From Eledone cirrhosa (Eukaryota), in assembly GCA_964016885.1 (NCBI GenBank), contig CAXHJY010001687.1, forward strand, positions 124,001-188,000: a DNA stretch of 64,000 bases, read 5' to 3'. The notes below the pieces were generated by a model. That model was not told where the DNA came from. It made no database searches and saw only the letters and a list, made by a program, of their open reading frames with translations. Positions 48,961 through 63,865 of this stretch are shown here, piece after piece. Position 1 is the stretch's first letter; every line of letters begins with the position of its first letter. The position numbers were made by a program, and so were the translations under genes.

Positions 48961-49098
48961 ATATATATATATATAGATATTATATATATATAGAGAGAGA
49001 GAGATATTATATATATATATATAGAGAGAGAGAGATATTATATATATATATATATATAGATAGATAGATAAATATTATATATATATATATATAGATAG

Positions 49099-49178
<80 letters not shown>

Positions 49179-49191
49179 TATATATATATAG

Positions 49192-49233
<42 letters not shown>

Positions 49234-49257
49234 TATTATATATATATATATAGAGAG

Positions 49258-49293
<36 letters not shown>

Positions 49294-49348
49294 TATTATA
49301 TATATATTTATATATATATATATATAGATATAGATATTATATTTATAT

Positions 49349-49380
<32 letters not shown>

Positions 49381-49442
49381 GATATTATATATATAGATAT
49401 TATATGTATAGATATTATATATATATAGAGAGAGAGAGATAT

Positions 49443-49475
<33 letters not shown>

Positions 49476-49510
49476 GGAGAGAGATATTATATTTATATAT
49501 ATATATTTAT

Positions 49511-49619
<109 letters not shown>

Positions 49620-49738
49620 ATATATATATATAGATATTATATATATATATATATATATATGATATTATATATATATATATATATAGATATTATATATATA
49701 TATATAGATAGATAGATATTATATATATATATAGATAT

Positions 49739-49771
<33 letters not shown>

Positions 49772-49915
49772 GAGAGAGAGATATTATATATATATAGAGA
49801 GAGAGAGAGATATTATATATATATATATATATAGATATTATATATATATATAGATATTTATATATATATATAGATATTATATATATATATAGAGAGAGAT
49901 ATTATATATATATAG

Positions 49916-50222
49916 AGAAAAATACTGCAGGTAGCACATGGATAACATGTAATAAAATAAGTCCCTCATCAGTGATTTGCCGAAGATCATAGATATTTCA
50001 TTGCATTAAAAATCATATATCTCACGTCGGTGCAATAATAACCAAAATAAGTTATTAGGACAATTAAAACGCGTAGAGCGAGTGAGACAGGAGAACAACA
50101 AAAAGTATAGCTAACCGTAGAGGACAGAAACAAGATTCAAAAATTATTCTGTTTAGCGTAAGCTAGGTGAATATATGAGCGCTTAGAGAATAGATCCTAC
50201 ACGAACGAAGACTATGAGCAGA
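49916..50222. other. Unclassified 300-bp insert with HHR-like core on minus strand
   Basis: Unique sequence between microsatellites; GAAA..TA-tgat..atca-CTGATGA. Confidence 0.35.
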
Positions 50223-50256
50223 GAGAGAAATTATATATATATATATATAGAGAGAG

Positions 50257-50362
<106 letters not shown>

Positions 50363-50420
50363 ATATAGATATATATAGATATTATATATAGATAGATAGA
50401 TATTATATATATATATATAT

Positions 50421-50628
50421 CATTTCATTTTCATCATTTCATTTTACGTCCGCTTTTCCCTGCTTGCAAGGGTGGGACGGGAACTGATTCTGGCTTGATT
50501 TCTACAGCTGGATGCCCTTCCTAACACCAACCTCATTTGGGTGCTTTTTTGCCGTGGCACCTCCACGACCACTTTGCAGTGGAATGATAGAGACCCCAGT
50601 CCCTATCATCTCACTTCTACAGCTGAGT
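50421..50628 (-). mobile_element. 5'-truncated CORE-type SINE
   Basis: Matches 4960-5180. Confidence 0.83.
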
Positions 50629-51410
50629 ATATATTATATATATTATGTTTATATAATATATATGTATATATTATATATATTATGTTTATATAATATATAT
50701 ATATGTATTATATATATATATATTATGTATATATATATATTATGTATATATATATATTATGTATATATATATTATGTATATATATATAAATATATATTAT
50801 GTATATGTATATATATATATGTAAATATTATATATATTATATATATGTATATATATTATATATATGTATATATATTATATATATGTATATATTATATATA
50901 TGTATGTATATATTATATATATATATATTATATTTATATATATATATATTATATATATATATATTATATATATATATATATTATATATATTATATATATA
51001 TACATTATATACATATATATTATATATATATATTATGTATATATATGTCTATATTATATATATATATTATGTTTCTATATATGTATATATTATGTATATA
51101 TATGTATATATATATGTAAATATTATGTATATATATGTATATATATATGTATATATATTATGTATATATATGTATATATATATGTATATATTATGTATAT
51201 ATATGTATATACATATGTATATATATATGTATATATATATGTATATATTATATATATATATTATGTATATATATATGTATATATTATATATATATATTAT
51301 GTATATATATATATGTATATATTATGTATATGTATATTAGATATATATATATTATGTATATATATATATATATTATGTATATATATATATTATGTATATA
51401 TATATATATA

Positions 51411-51476
<66 letters not shown>

Positions 51477-51535
51477 TATAGAATGCCGTTAGCTTCTTGC
51501 TAAAACAATCTCTATACCTATCATTTATATGTATA

Positions 51536-51716
51536 TTGGCAGTATCGGTAGAGGGTTGGATGCCATGCTTTGATGCATAGAGTTACGGCCCTTGCCATTC
51601 TGAGTTCAAATCCCGCCGAGGTTAACTTTGCCTTTCATCCTTACGGGGTCGATAAAATAAAGTACCAGTAATGCACTGGGTAATTGCTGGCCTTGTGCCA
51701 AAAGTAGAAACAAATA
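51536..51716 (+). mobile_element. tRNA-derived SINE with Nin/Deu-like domain
   Basis: B box gagttcaaatcc; gcctttcatccttacggggtcgataaaataaagtacc. Confidence 0.78.
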
Positions 51717-52075
51717 TTATATATATATATATATTATGGATATATATATATATATATTATGTATATATATATATGTATATATTATATATATATATGTATA
51801 TTATATATATATATATTATGTATATATATATGTATATATTACATATATATATATGTATATATTATGTATATGTATATATTATTTATATATTATGTGTATA
51901 TATATGTGTATATATTATGTATATATATATATATGTAAATATTATGTATATATATATATATGTAAATATTATGTATATATATATATATTGTGTAAATATT
52001 ATGTATATATATATATATTAAGTATATATTATATATGTATATATATATATTATGTATATATATATATGTATATAT

Positions 52076-52165
<90 letters not shown>

Positions 52166-53069
52166 GTATATATTATATATATATATATTATGTATATATA
52201 TGTATATATTATGTATATATATATATATGTATATATCATGTATATATATATGTATATATTATATATATATATTATGTATATATATATATACATAATATAT
52301 ACATATATATATATGTATATATTATGTATATATATATATTTATTATGTATATATGTATATGTATATATATGTATATATATATGTATATATTATGTATATA
52401 TATATGTATATATTATGTATATATACATTATGTATATACATGTATATATTATGTATATATATTTATGGATATATTATGTATATATATATATATGTATATA
52501 TTATGTGTATATATATATATGTATATATTATGTATATATATATGTATATATTATGTATATATATATATATTATGTATATATATGTATATATATATATTAT
52601 GTATATACATGTATATATATGTATATATATACGTGTATATATATATTATATATATATTTATATATTGTATATATATATATATATGTATATATTATATGTA
52701 TTATGTATATATATTATATATATATATTTATATATTATATATATATGTATATATTATATTTATTATGTATATATATTATATATATATATTTATATATTGT
52801 ATATATATGTATATATTATATGTATTATGTATATATATATATATCTATATATATACATATATATACATAATATATATATATATTATGTATATATGCATGT
52901 ATACATTATATATATACATAATATATATATATATACTTAATATATATATGTATATATTATATATATATTATGTATATATGTATGTATACATTATATATAT
53001 ATATTATGTATATATGTATGTATATATTATATATATATTATGTATATATGTATATTATGTATATATATA

Positions 53070-53258
53070 GGGCGGTGGATTGGCAGTATTGGTAAAGGGT
53101 CGGACGCCATGCTTTCCAGCATAGTTACGTCCCTTTACGATCCGAGTTCAAATCCCGCCGAGGTTGACTTTGCCTTTCATCCTTACGGGGTAGATAAAAT
53201 AAAGTACCAGTAATGCACTGGGTAATTGCTGGCCTTGTGCCTAAAGTAGAAACAATTA
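53070..53258 (+). mobile_element. tRNA-derived SINE with Nin/Deu-like domain (full head)
   Basis: A box tggcagtattgg; B box gagttcaaatcc; same body as 51536-51716. Confidence 0.8.
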
Positions 53259-53387
53259 TGTATATATGTATGTATACATTATATATATATATTATGTATA
53301 TATGTATGTATACATTATATATATATATTATGTATATATGTATGTATATATTATGTATATATATATATGTATATATTATATATATAT

Positions 53388-53797
53388 TATCATCATCATC
53401 ATCATCACCGTTTTACGTCCGTTCTTCCACGCTAGCATGGGTTAGACGGGTTGTCCTGTTGTGGGCAGTGTCTGGTCGGCTGACCATGCCTTGTTCATAC
53501 AGGAACTGATTTGGCTTGATTTCTACAGCTGGATGCCCTTCCTAACACCAACCTTATTTACAGTGAGTGCTGGGTGCTTTTTCGAGGCGCCTACACATCC
53601 ACTTTACAGTGTGGGCTGGGTCTTTTTTGCCGTGGCACCTCCACGACCACCTTGCGGTGGGGGTTGTGGGGGGGGGGGGGGGGGGCATATTGTCTATATG
53701 CTTCAGCTTGTACCCATGGGAGGTCGGGTACTCTGTATTACTGCGTGACGCCAGAGGTCACGGTCGTGTGTCATTGCCTTTGAGAGGTGTAATTGAG
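53388..53797 (-). mobile_element. RTE 3' fragment
   Basis: Reverse complement of about 56193-56590. Confidence 0.87.
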
Positions 53798-53949
53798 TAT
53801 ATATTATGTATTTGGGTATATATACATATATTATGTATATATATATATATATATATGTATATATTATGTTATGTATATGTATATATATATATATTATAAA
53901 TATTATCTATAAGTATATATATATATTATAAATATTATGTATATGTATG

Positions 53950-53984
<35 letters not shown>

Positions 53985-53987
53985 ATG

Positions 53988-54039
<52 letters not shown>

Positions 54040-54046
54040 ATTGTGT

Positions 54047-54077
<31 letters not shown>

Positions 54078-54151
54078 GATATATACATATATATATATAT
54101 TAATATATATATATAATATATATATATATATATGATATATATATATAAAAA

Positions 54152-56592
54152 ATAACTTACTAGAGGCGACGGATGAGGTTTGTGGCTGGAGTAAGACCTC
54201 AAGCAGGAGGAGAGTGACTTGGTGGTGGAACAATAAGGTAGATGAAGCAGTCAAGGCCAAGAGACAGGCATGGAAAGAATGGAAGAACGGGGGGAGCAGG
54301 GTACATTACATAGAGACCAAGAGGGAAGCTAGGCGACAAGTATACTTAGCTAGGAGGGAAGCAGAGGATAGAAAATTCAAGCATGTTTTACAACGTGAGG
54401 ACCAGAAACAGGAGGTATTCAAGATTGCGAGGCAGTGTGTCAGAGATAGTTGTGATGTCATTGGAGAGAAGTGTATCCGGAATGATAAAGGTGAGCTTGC
54501 CCTCACAAGTGCTGAGAAGAAAGATGCATGGAAGAGTCATTATGATAGATTACTAAATGAGGAGAATGCATGGGAAGAAGAGACCCTACCCCACGTAGAC
54601 CCTATAGAGGGACCAGCAGTACAAGTCAGCGGCAGCGTAGTAAGTAAGGCAATCAGAGATATGAAGATAGGGAAGGCAACCGGTCCATCGGGTATAGCTG
54701 CCGAGATGCTGAAGGCATCTGGGTCTGTAGGTCACACTATAACCACACGTATCGTTAACCAGGTAATACTAGAGGGGGCCATACCAAAAGATTGGTGCAG
54801 TAGCATCATTGTCAACTGCTACAAAGGTAAAGGCGATGCACTAGATAGAGGAAACTATAGAGGTATAAAGTTGATGGACCAGGTCATGAAAGTAACAGAA
54901 AGAGTTATAGCACAGCTGATTAGGGACCGGGTGAATATAGACGAGATGCAATTTGGGTTTGTACCAGGGAAAGGCACCACTGATGCCCTCTTCCTTGTGA
55001 GGCAATTACAGGAAAAGTACCTAGCTAAAAGTAAGCCACTCTACTTGGCATTTGTCGACCTTGAGAAAGCCTTTGACAGAGTTCCACATGCAGTAATCTG
55101 GTGGGCTCTTAGAAAACTAGGAGTAGATGAATGGCTTGTGAAAGCGGTACAAGCCATGTATAGGGGAGCAGTCAGCAAAGTTAGGATTGGCAATGAGTAT
55201 AGCGAGGAATTTAGCGTACAGGTTGGGGTCCACCAGGGCTCTGTTCTTAGCCCTCTCCTGTTCATTATAGTCCTGCAGGCAATAACGGAGGAGTTTAAGA
55301 CCGGATGCCCATGGGAACTCCTGTATGCTGATGACCTCGCACTCATAGCTGAATCTATGGTAGAACTAGAGAATAAATTCCAAACCTGGAAGCAGGGACT
55401 AGAGAGAAAGGGCCTCAAAGTCAACATGACAAAGACTAAGGTCCTTATAAGTAGACGAGAAAACAGAACCCAGATCCCCTCAGGGAAATGGCCTTGCTCA
55501 GTATGTAGGAAAGGTGTAGGTAGGAACTCCATTCTCTGCCCCAAATGCAAACAATGGGTACACAAGAGATGTAGCGGGATCTCAGGAAGCTTAATTAAGA
55601 ATGTAGGATTCACATGCAGCAGCTGTGCTGAAACAGCAAGCAAACAGCCACAGGAAACAAGTACCACCAATCTCTGGGAGGGCCCTGTAGAAACAGTAGA
55701 CAGCTTCTGCTACCTAGGTGACCGAATTAGCAACGGAGGTGGGTGCTCAGAAAGTACAATAACTAGGGTAAGAACGGGATGGAAGAAGTTTAGGGAACTA
55801 CTACCACTGCTAGCTGCAAAAGGCTTCTCCCTCAGAATGAAAGGCAGACTGTATGATGCGTGTATCCGAACAGCGATGTTGCATGGTAGTGAGACCTGGG
55901 CGCTGAAGGTGGAAGACTTACGTAGATTAGAGAGAAACGAAGCCTGCATGCTCCGATGGATGTGTAACAGTAATATACGTGAACGACAAAGCATAAATGA
56001 ATTGAGAGAGAGACTGAGCATAAGAGGAATCAAATGCTGCGTGCAGGAGAGGCGGTTACGCTGGTATGGACATGTGATGCGTATGAAGGATGACAGCTGC
56101 ATAAAAAGGTGCAGAGCACTAGAAGTTGATGGAAACCGCGGAGTGGGGAGACCCAAGATGACTTGGGATGAGGTGATAAAAGCCGACCTTACCCAACTAC
56201 ACCTCTCAAAGTCAATGACACACGACCGTGACTTCTGGCGTCACGCAGTAATACAGGGTACCCGACCTCCCATGGGTACATGCTGAAGCATATAAACAAT
56301 ATGCCCCCCCCCCCCCACCGCAAGGTGGTCGTGGAGGTGCCACGGCAAAAAAGCACCCAGCCCACACTGTAAAGTGGACGTGTAGGCGCCACGAAAAAGC
56401 ACCCAGCACTCACTGTAAATGAGGTTGGTGTTAGGAAGGGCATCCAGCTGTAGAAATCAAGCCAGATCAGTTCCTGTATGAGCAAGGCATGGTCAGCCGA
56501 CCAGACACTGCCCACAACAGGACAACCCGTCTAACCCATGCTAGCGTGGAAGAACGGACGTAAAACGGTGATGATGATGATGATGATGATGA

Positions 56593-56595
<3 letters not shown>
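54152..56595 (+). mobile_element. 5'-truncated RTE (BovB-like) LINE, open ORF, (ATG)n tail
   Basis: TWWWN, GKATGPSG, QFGFVPGKGT, FVDLEKAFD, GVHQGSVLSP, LYADD, FCYLG, RRLRWYGH. Confidence 0.95.
54214..56286 (+). CDS. RTE ORF (RT with inserted PHD-like Cys/His module; endonuclease lost by truncation)
   Basis: 690-aa uninterrupted frame; start codon is artefactual. Confidence 0.9.
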   Translation: MTWWWNNKVDEAVKAKRQAWKEWKNGGSRVHYIETKREARRQVYLARREAEDRKFKHVLQREDQKQEVFKIARQCVRDSCDVIGEKCIRNDKGELALTSAEKKDAWKSHYDRLLNEENAWEEETLPHVDPIEGPAVQVSGSVVSKAIRDMKIGKATGPSGIAAEMLKASGSVGHTITTRIVNQVILEGAIPKDWCSSIIVNCYKGKGDALDRGNYRGIKLMDQVMKVTERVIAQLIRDRVNIDEMQFGFVPGKGTTDALFLVRQLQEKYLAKSKPLYLAFVDLEKAFDRVPHAVIWWALRKLGVDEWLVKAVQAMYRGAVSKVRIGNEYSEEFSVQVGVHQGSVLSPLLFIIVLQAITEEFKTGCPWELLYADDLALIAESMVELENKFQTWKQGLERKGLKVNMTKTKVLISRRENRTQIPSGKWPCSVCRKGVGRNSILCPKCKQWVHKRCSGISGSLIKNVGFTCSSCAETASKQPQETSTTNLWEGPVETVDSFCYLGDRISNGGGCSESTITRVRTGWKKFRELLPLLAAKGFSLRMKGRLYDACIRTAMLHGSETWALKVEDLRRLERNEACMLRWMCNSNIRERQSINELRERLSIRGIKCCVQERRLRWYGHVMRMKDDSCIKRCRALEVDGNRGVGRPKMTWDEVIKADLTQLHLSKSMTHDRDFWRHAVIQGTRPPMGTC

Positions 56596-56635
<40 letters not shown>

Positions 56636-56685
56636 ATATATATATATATATATATATATGATATATATATATATATATATATATA

Positions 56686-57506
<821 letters not shown>

Positions 57507-57509
<3 letters not shown>

Positions 57510-57735
57510 GGAGGTGAGTTTTATTGTAGTACAATAAAGCAATGCAGATATCGGATAAGTAGCACTCTACAGTTTGTATGACTGGAGTATAAATAATATA
57601 AATAATATATAAGATCATGTCTCCCTATTTTATCTTACGAAAACGCAAATGATATCGCATGATGATATTTGTTTTTGAAATGCGCATAATAAAATACATG
57701 GAACTCTTTCAACCATCTTTTGTTCTTATATATTA
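57507..57735. mobile_element. Small fold-back PLE-type insertion with HHR 57626-57696 (+)
   Basis: tattttat-CTTACGA-aaac..gtttt t-GAAA-tgcgca-TA-ataaaata; family of 63866-64000. Confidence 0.78.
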
Positions 57736-57833
57736 TATATATATATATATATACATAATATATATATATAATATATACATATATATATACATATTATATA
57801 CATATATAATATATATATATATATATATACATA

Positions 57834-57870
<37 letters not shown>

Positions 57871-57874
57871 ATAC

Positions 57875-57910
<36 letters not shown>

Positions 57911-57990
57911 ATATATATATATAATATATACATATATAATATATACATATATATATACATATATATATATATACATATATATATATACAT

Positions 57991-58208
57991 AATTGTTTCT
58001 ACTTTTGGCACAAGGTCAGCAATTATTCCAGTGCATTACTGGTACTTTATTTTATCGACCACGACCACCTTGCGGTTGGGGTTGTGGGGGCATATTGTCT
58101 ATATGCTTCAGCTTGTACCCATGGGAGGTCGGGTACTCTGTATTACTGTGTGACGCCAGAGGTCACGGTCGTGTGTCATTGCCTTTGAGAGGTGTAATTG
58201 GGTAAGGT
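57991..58208 (-). mobile_element. Chimera of Nin-SINE 3' end (57991-58060) and RTE internal fragment (58058-58208)
   Basis: Segments match 51646-51716 and 53640-53795. Confidence 0.75.
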
Positions 58209-58225
58209 CTATATATGTATATATC

Positions 58226-58256
<31 letters not shown>

Positions 58257-58327
58257 ACACAATATATATATATAATATATATATATATATACATATACAT
58301 AATATATATCTAATATATATATATATA

Positions 58328-61170
58328 CTGTATATCCGTGAAGGTGTCACACCAATTGTACTGTTGACACATTCAAACTCAGTCTGTGACACACTGATAG
58401 TACATATGAAGCAACTACAGACAGTAATATGTGTCACATATCGGCCGCCCGATACCCCCAGTCATGAGGGTAAATTTGAGGATAGTCTAAGTAGGATAGA
58501 AGAGGTCCTTGACAAACTGGACCAGGGTCTCAACATTCTACTGCTGGGAGACTTCAACCTACCAAAGGTCAAATGGCCTGAGGGCCACCTCCTCCCTGGA
58601 ATGACGTCAATAGAACAGCGACAGACGGAATCCCTGCTGGCCCTCACACACAAGCTGTTCATGGAGCAAGCAATACTCCTCCCAACAAGAGGCGAAAATG
58701 TCCTGGACCTCTGTTTTACAAACAACGAAGTGCTCATCAACAATGTAAAGGTGACAGCAACAATTCTCACGGATCATAACTTAGTAGAGCTAATGATATG
58801 TGGTCCAAGAGAACCAACAGAGACAAAACCACCAAGAAGCTCCGGGACGTTATCCAGTCTTAACTTCTCCAAGGCTAACTGGAAAAAGATTAAGAGAGAA
58901 ATCCGGAAGCAAACATGGAGTGAAAACACCGCCACACAAGACACTAACACACAATTTCAACACTTCATGACAATGATACACACTATATGCAAAAAGTTTG
59001 TCCCGGAGAAAGAGGCAAACAGACACAAAAATCTTATTCCCAGAGATAGGAAAATCCTTATGAGACGTAGAACTAAACTCTCAAACCAGTTGAATAGTCA
59101 ACAAAACAAAAACAAGAAGGAATCCTATTTGAAATGTGCATTACTTGGCACCGAGATTGCACTCAAGCTTTCCCATGAGAATGAGAGGGCAAAGAAAGAG
59201 AACAGGACCATAGAAAACATTAAAACAAACCCTAAGGCCTTCTTTGGATTTGCAAAGGAGACTGCCTCAGTACACTGCAAGATTGGGCCACTCTTCCATA
59301 CGGACGGTTCATTAACCGAAAAACCCCAAGAGATATGTGAAATACTGAACGAACAGTACAAAAGTGTGTTCACATGTCCACTAAGGCACATGCAAATAAC
59401 GAAGCCAGAGGAGTTCTTTGATGTCACAACACTACATGAAGAAATGGCAACCATCAACCACATAGACATAACGGAGGAGGATGTGGTGTACGCCATTGAT
59501 GAAATTAGAACAGACTCGGCTGCTGGACCTGATGGATTCCCAGCAGTTCTCCTAAAAATATGTAAGCGGGCCTTAGCAACTCCACTGAAGATGCTCTTCA
59601 GAAGCTCCTTGGCTAGCGGTGTACTACCCAGGGAGCTGAAAGAAGGCACAATATGCCCTATCCCTAAAGGAGGTAGCAGAGCGGAGGCCAAAAACTATAG
59701 GCCAGTCTTCCTGACATCGCATATCAGTAAGGTCATGGAGCGAGTCGTCAGAAAGAAACTGATCACTTTCCTCGAGGAAAATGACCGCCTGACTAGCACG
59801 CAACATGGCTTCCGCCCAGGAAGAAGCTGCCTTACACAGCTGCTACATCACTACGACTGGGTACTGAAACAACTACTAGACAGCTCACATGTGGATGTGA
59901 TATATCTTGACTTTGCGAAGGCCTTTGACAAGGTCGACCACGGAATGATATGTCACAAACTACACGGACTCGGCATAACTGGAAAAGTAGGTGAGTGGCT
60001 GCATGACTTCCTAAAGGACAGAAGCCAGGCAGTCGCAGCAAATGGGGCCCTCTCAAAGGAAACACCAATAACAAGTGGGGTGCCCCAGGGGACAGTCCTG
60101 GGACCACTACTGTTTTTGGGAGCTCTCTCAGACATGCCCTCTGTAATACATACAACAACATCCCTCACTAGCTATGCTGATGACACTAAGGTACCACAGG
60201 CAATCAAAAACCCGGCTGACGCTGCCCTTTTACAGCAGGATCTGGATGCCATATACAAATGGGCGGAAGAAAACAACATGCAGTTTATTGCTGGCAAATT
60301 CCAAGCCCTACAATACAAACCTGCAAACAAACCTGCAAACACAAATATAGTACGACACAACTACACAGGACCAGGAGGGACCGATATCCCCGTGTCAAAA
60401 TCGATACGAGACCTGGGCATAGACATGAGCGATGATGCATCTTTTTCTTCACACATCATGAAAGTGGCGACAATGTGCAGACGACTTGCTGGCTGGATCT
60501 TGAGGACTTTCCGGACAAGAGATCGAGACACCATGTTGACACTATGGAGGACATTTGTCCTAAGCCGCCTGGACTACTGCTCCCAGTTGTGGTCACCCCA
60601 TAGTGTCAAACTAACCACGGAGCTTGAGGCAATCCAGCGAAGCTACACCAAGAGGATTGCCAAGATGAGGAAGACAAGCTACTGGGAGAGGCTGAAGGAA
60701 CTGAACCTCTACTCCTTGGAACGAAGACGGGAGAGATACGCAGTGATCTACGTGTGGAAAATCCTGGAGGGACTAGCACCAAACTTTGGCATTGGGAGCT
60801 GGACCAACCGTCGAACAGGACGTCACTGTGTGGTGCCAAAGGTCTCGTCTTCCACGTCTAGAATAAGGAGCAGGTATTGCAATAGCCTGGGATTCAAGGG
60901 CCCTCAACTCTTCAACAGGCTGCCGAGGGATCTGAGAGATTTGCATGACGTGGAGGTGGATTTCTTCAAGAAACATCTCGACACCTTGTTATCCAGGATC
61001 CCGGATGAGCCCACAGCAAGGCACGAGGGAAACCTAAGGGAAGCAGCAACAAACTCCCTCTTACACCAGTGGCCAACCTATACAGACTGGAGATAAAATG
61101 TGTAGCAACAAGGGCGGTGCCCCAGCATGGCCTCAGCCGGATGGCTGAAACAGGTAAAAGAGTAAAAGAG
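58328..61170 (+). mobile_element. 5'-truncated CR1/L2-group LINE with short 3' UTR and taaaagag repeat tail
   Basis: 910-aa ORF 58364-61096: TYRPP, GDFN, LDL..TDH (APE), AAGPDG, QHGFRPGRS, DFAKAFD, GVPQG, YADD, RDLG, LYSLERRR. Confidence 0.92.
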
Positions 61171-61288
61171 TATACATAATATATATAATATATATATATA
61201 TACATATACATAATATATATATAATATATACATATATATATATATATATACATAATATATATATAATATATACATATATATATATATA

Positions 61289-62600
61289 CGAGGGGGGATC
61301 AAAAAGTTCGCGAAATTTTTCAGAAAATATTTTATTTTTCAAAAAATATGATTTACCTTCAATTTATTTTTCTACATAGTTGCCATCCAGGTCAATACAC
61401 TTCACAAAGCGATGCTTCCAACTCCGTCAGCCGTCTCTAAAGAAAGTTGAAGGCCTTGTTCGAAGCCATGTGTTGGCAGTGTTTTTAGCTTCTTCAACAC
61501 CACTAAAACGGGTTCCTTTTAGCATTTCTTTGAGTTTTGGAAAGAGGAAAAAGTCTGATGGGGCTAAATCTGGACTATAAGGCGGGTGAGGAAGCACTTC
61601 CCATCGAAATTCTCGAAGAACTTCTTTTGCAACCCGCGCAGAATGCGCTGGTTCATTGTCATGGTCAAACAAGATCCCACCATGAAGTTTCCCTTTTCGT
61701 TTCTTGACTAATGCCTCTTTCAATTTCCTTAAAACATTTGCATAGTAAGCTCTTGTCACAGTTCTTTGACCTTCAAGATAATCTATTAGTATCACCCCAT
61801 CTGAATCCCAGAAAATGGTGGCCATCACTTTTTTATCCGACTTTTGAGATTTGAACTTGATTGGCCCCGATGATCCACGTGGAAGCCACTGTTTTGACTG
61901 CTGTTTGGATTCAGGATCATACTGGTAGATCCAGGTTTCATCTCCGGTGATGATTCTGGTCAGGAAATGCTCTTCATCAACTTCAATTTTGTTTAATATC
62001 GCCAAAGACAGATCACTTCGAAGAATCAGCTGATCAGGGCACAACGCTTTTGAGACCCATCGCACTGAAAGCTTGCTTAGTCCCAAATTATCGTGCAGAA
62101 TTGAATTTGCCTAACCATATGAAATGTCTAGGGACTTAGCTAACTGATTAACTGTTATTCTTCGATCTTCTTCAATTAAAGTCTGAGCAGCCTCAACGTT
62201 TGGTCATTTTTTGATGTTCCTAGTCTTCCACTGCGATGGTTGTCTTCAAGGTCGTCTCTCCCTTGTTTGAATCGATGAATCCACTTGTAGACAGCAGTTT
62301 TCTTTGGAGCAGTAGTACCGTAAACTTTAACTAAAGCCTCCATAATCTGTATCCCTTTCCATTTGAGTTTCACCAGAAACTTGATATTCGATCTTATCTC
62401 AAAATAACTATTTTCCATTGTTCCAAAAATAGTTTTTTTTAAAGAGTGTCAGTACTGTACAATAGTCCGCGCATGACTGACTGCGCGTGACTAATAGCAA
62501 GGTAAACACACAATGACAATGTTGTGACATGTTTAATATTGTTTTAACCTATTTTTTTCTTACTACGATAAAATTCCGCAAACTTTTTGATCCCCCCTCG
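61289..62600 (-). mobile_element. Mariner (DD34D) DNA transposon, disrupted transposase
   Basis: About 30-bp TIRs cgaggggggatcaaaaagtt; TA flanks; WVSKAL, ITGDETW, HDN, YSPDLAPSDF. Confidence 0.95.
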
Positions 62601-63081
62601 TACATACATAATATATATATATAATGTAGACATACATATATACATAATATATACATACATATATACATAATATATATATATAATGTATACATACATATAT
62701 ACATAATATATACATAATATATATATATTATGTATATATATATATTATGTATATATATAATGTATACATACATATATACATAATATATATATAATATATA
62801 CAAATATATGATATATACATAGATATATTATGTATATATATATTATGTATATATATATATATTATGTATATATATATATATATTATGTATATATATATAT
62901 ATTATGTATATATATATGTATATATTATGTATATATATATGGATATATTATATATATATTGATGATGATATTATGTATATATATATATATATATATATAT
63001 GTAATTATTATATATATATATAGCTATACATTGTATATATATATATATATTATGTATATATATACATTATATATATATACT

Positions 63082-63714
63082 ATGCCAACTCGTTTTCGAG
63101 TACGGCCACTACTTTAAAACCATGTAGGAGAATCCCTACCAATGCGCTGAACGAGTGTGACTTTTTAGTCCAGCCAGCGACTTGAAAACTCTGGTACAAA
63201 CACTACACTCGTGACAATTATTGACACATAGTGCGGGGCCCATGGTACCATGTGACGACAAGTGCAGAGAGATCTCAAGATATAAAGCAATGCCTGTGCC
63301 GTGAAGCTTTTATAGTGAGCAAAGGCACTGCACAGAGCCAGTCCCACTCTCTTAACCAAGATGATATTTACCAAAAAGAAGAACAAGTCAACATCATTGG
63401 ATATCATCAGGGTTGCAGGTGTTATATCAGAGTTTTCCTTCTCCTAGAAGTTTTCCTTCTCCGAGAAGTTTTCCTTCTCCTAGAATTCTGCCTTGACAAA
63501 GGCTAAGTGGTCGTCTCTCCCGGTGATTTTGGATGGCCATTGACTCTTAAGAGCTCCTTTGACAGGTTTTGTTTTTAGTCCTGCAGGATGTCCAAAGTCA
63601 CCCTCCTCACCAAGAAACCTTGGTAGGGTTGCCAGTTTAGTCGCCAACGACCCGACCATGAGACAGGTTGTACTGGGATACATGTTACTAGTAGCACCAA
63701 CTGGTGACCTGACC
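63082..63714 (-). mobile_element. Non-autonomous RTE-derived element (5' UTR-like head) with HDV-like ribozyme candidate
   Basis: ctaggagaaggaaaact motif, recalled as typical of RTE 5' regions (triplicated 17-mer at 63431-63483); nested-pseudoknot-like pairings at the 5' end. Confidence 0.55.
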
Positions 63715-63865
63715 ATACATAATATATACATATATATATATATACATAATATATATATATATATATTATATATACATATATATATATATATATACATAAT
63801 ATATATATAATATATATATACATAATATATATATATATAGTTATATATATATATATAACTATATA

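Noticed and set aside
55041-56156. Long antisense ORFs over LINE/PLE coding regions
   Set aside because: Shadow frames of the RT ORFs with no independent motifs
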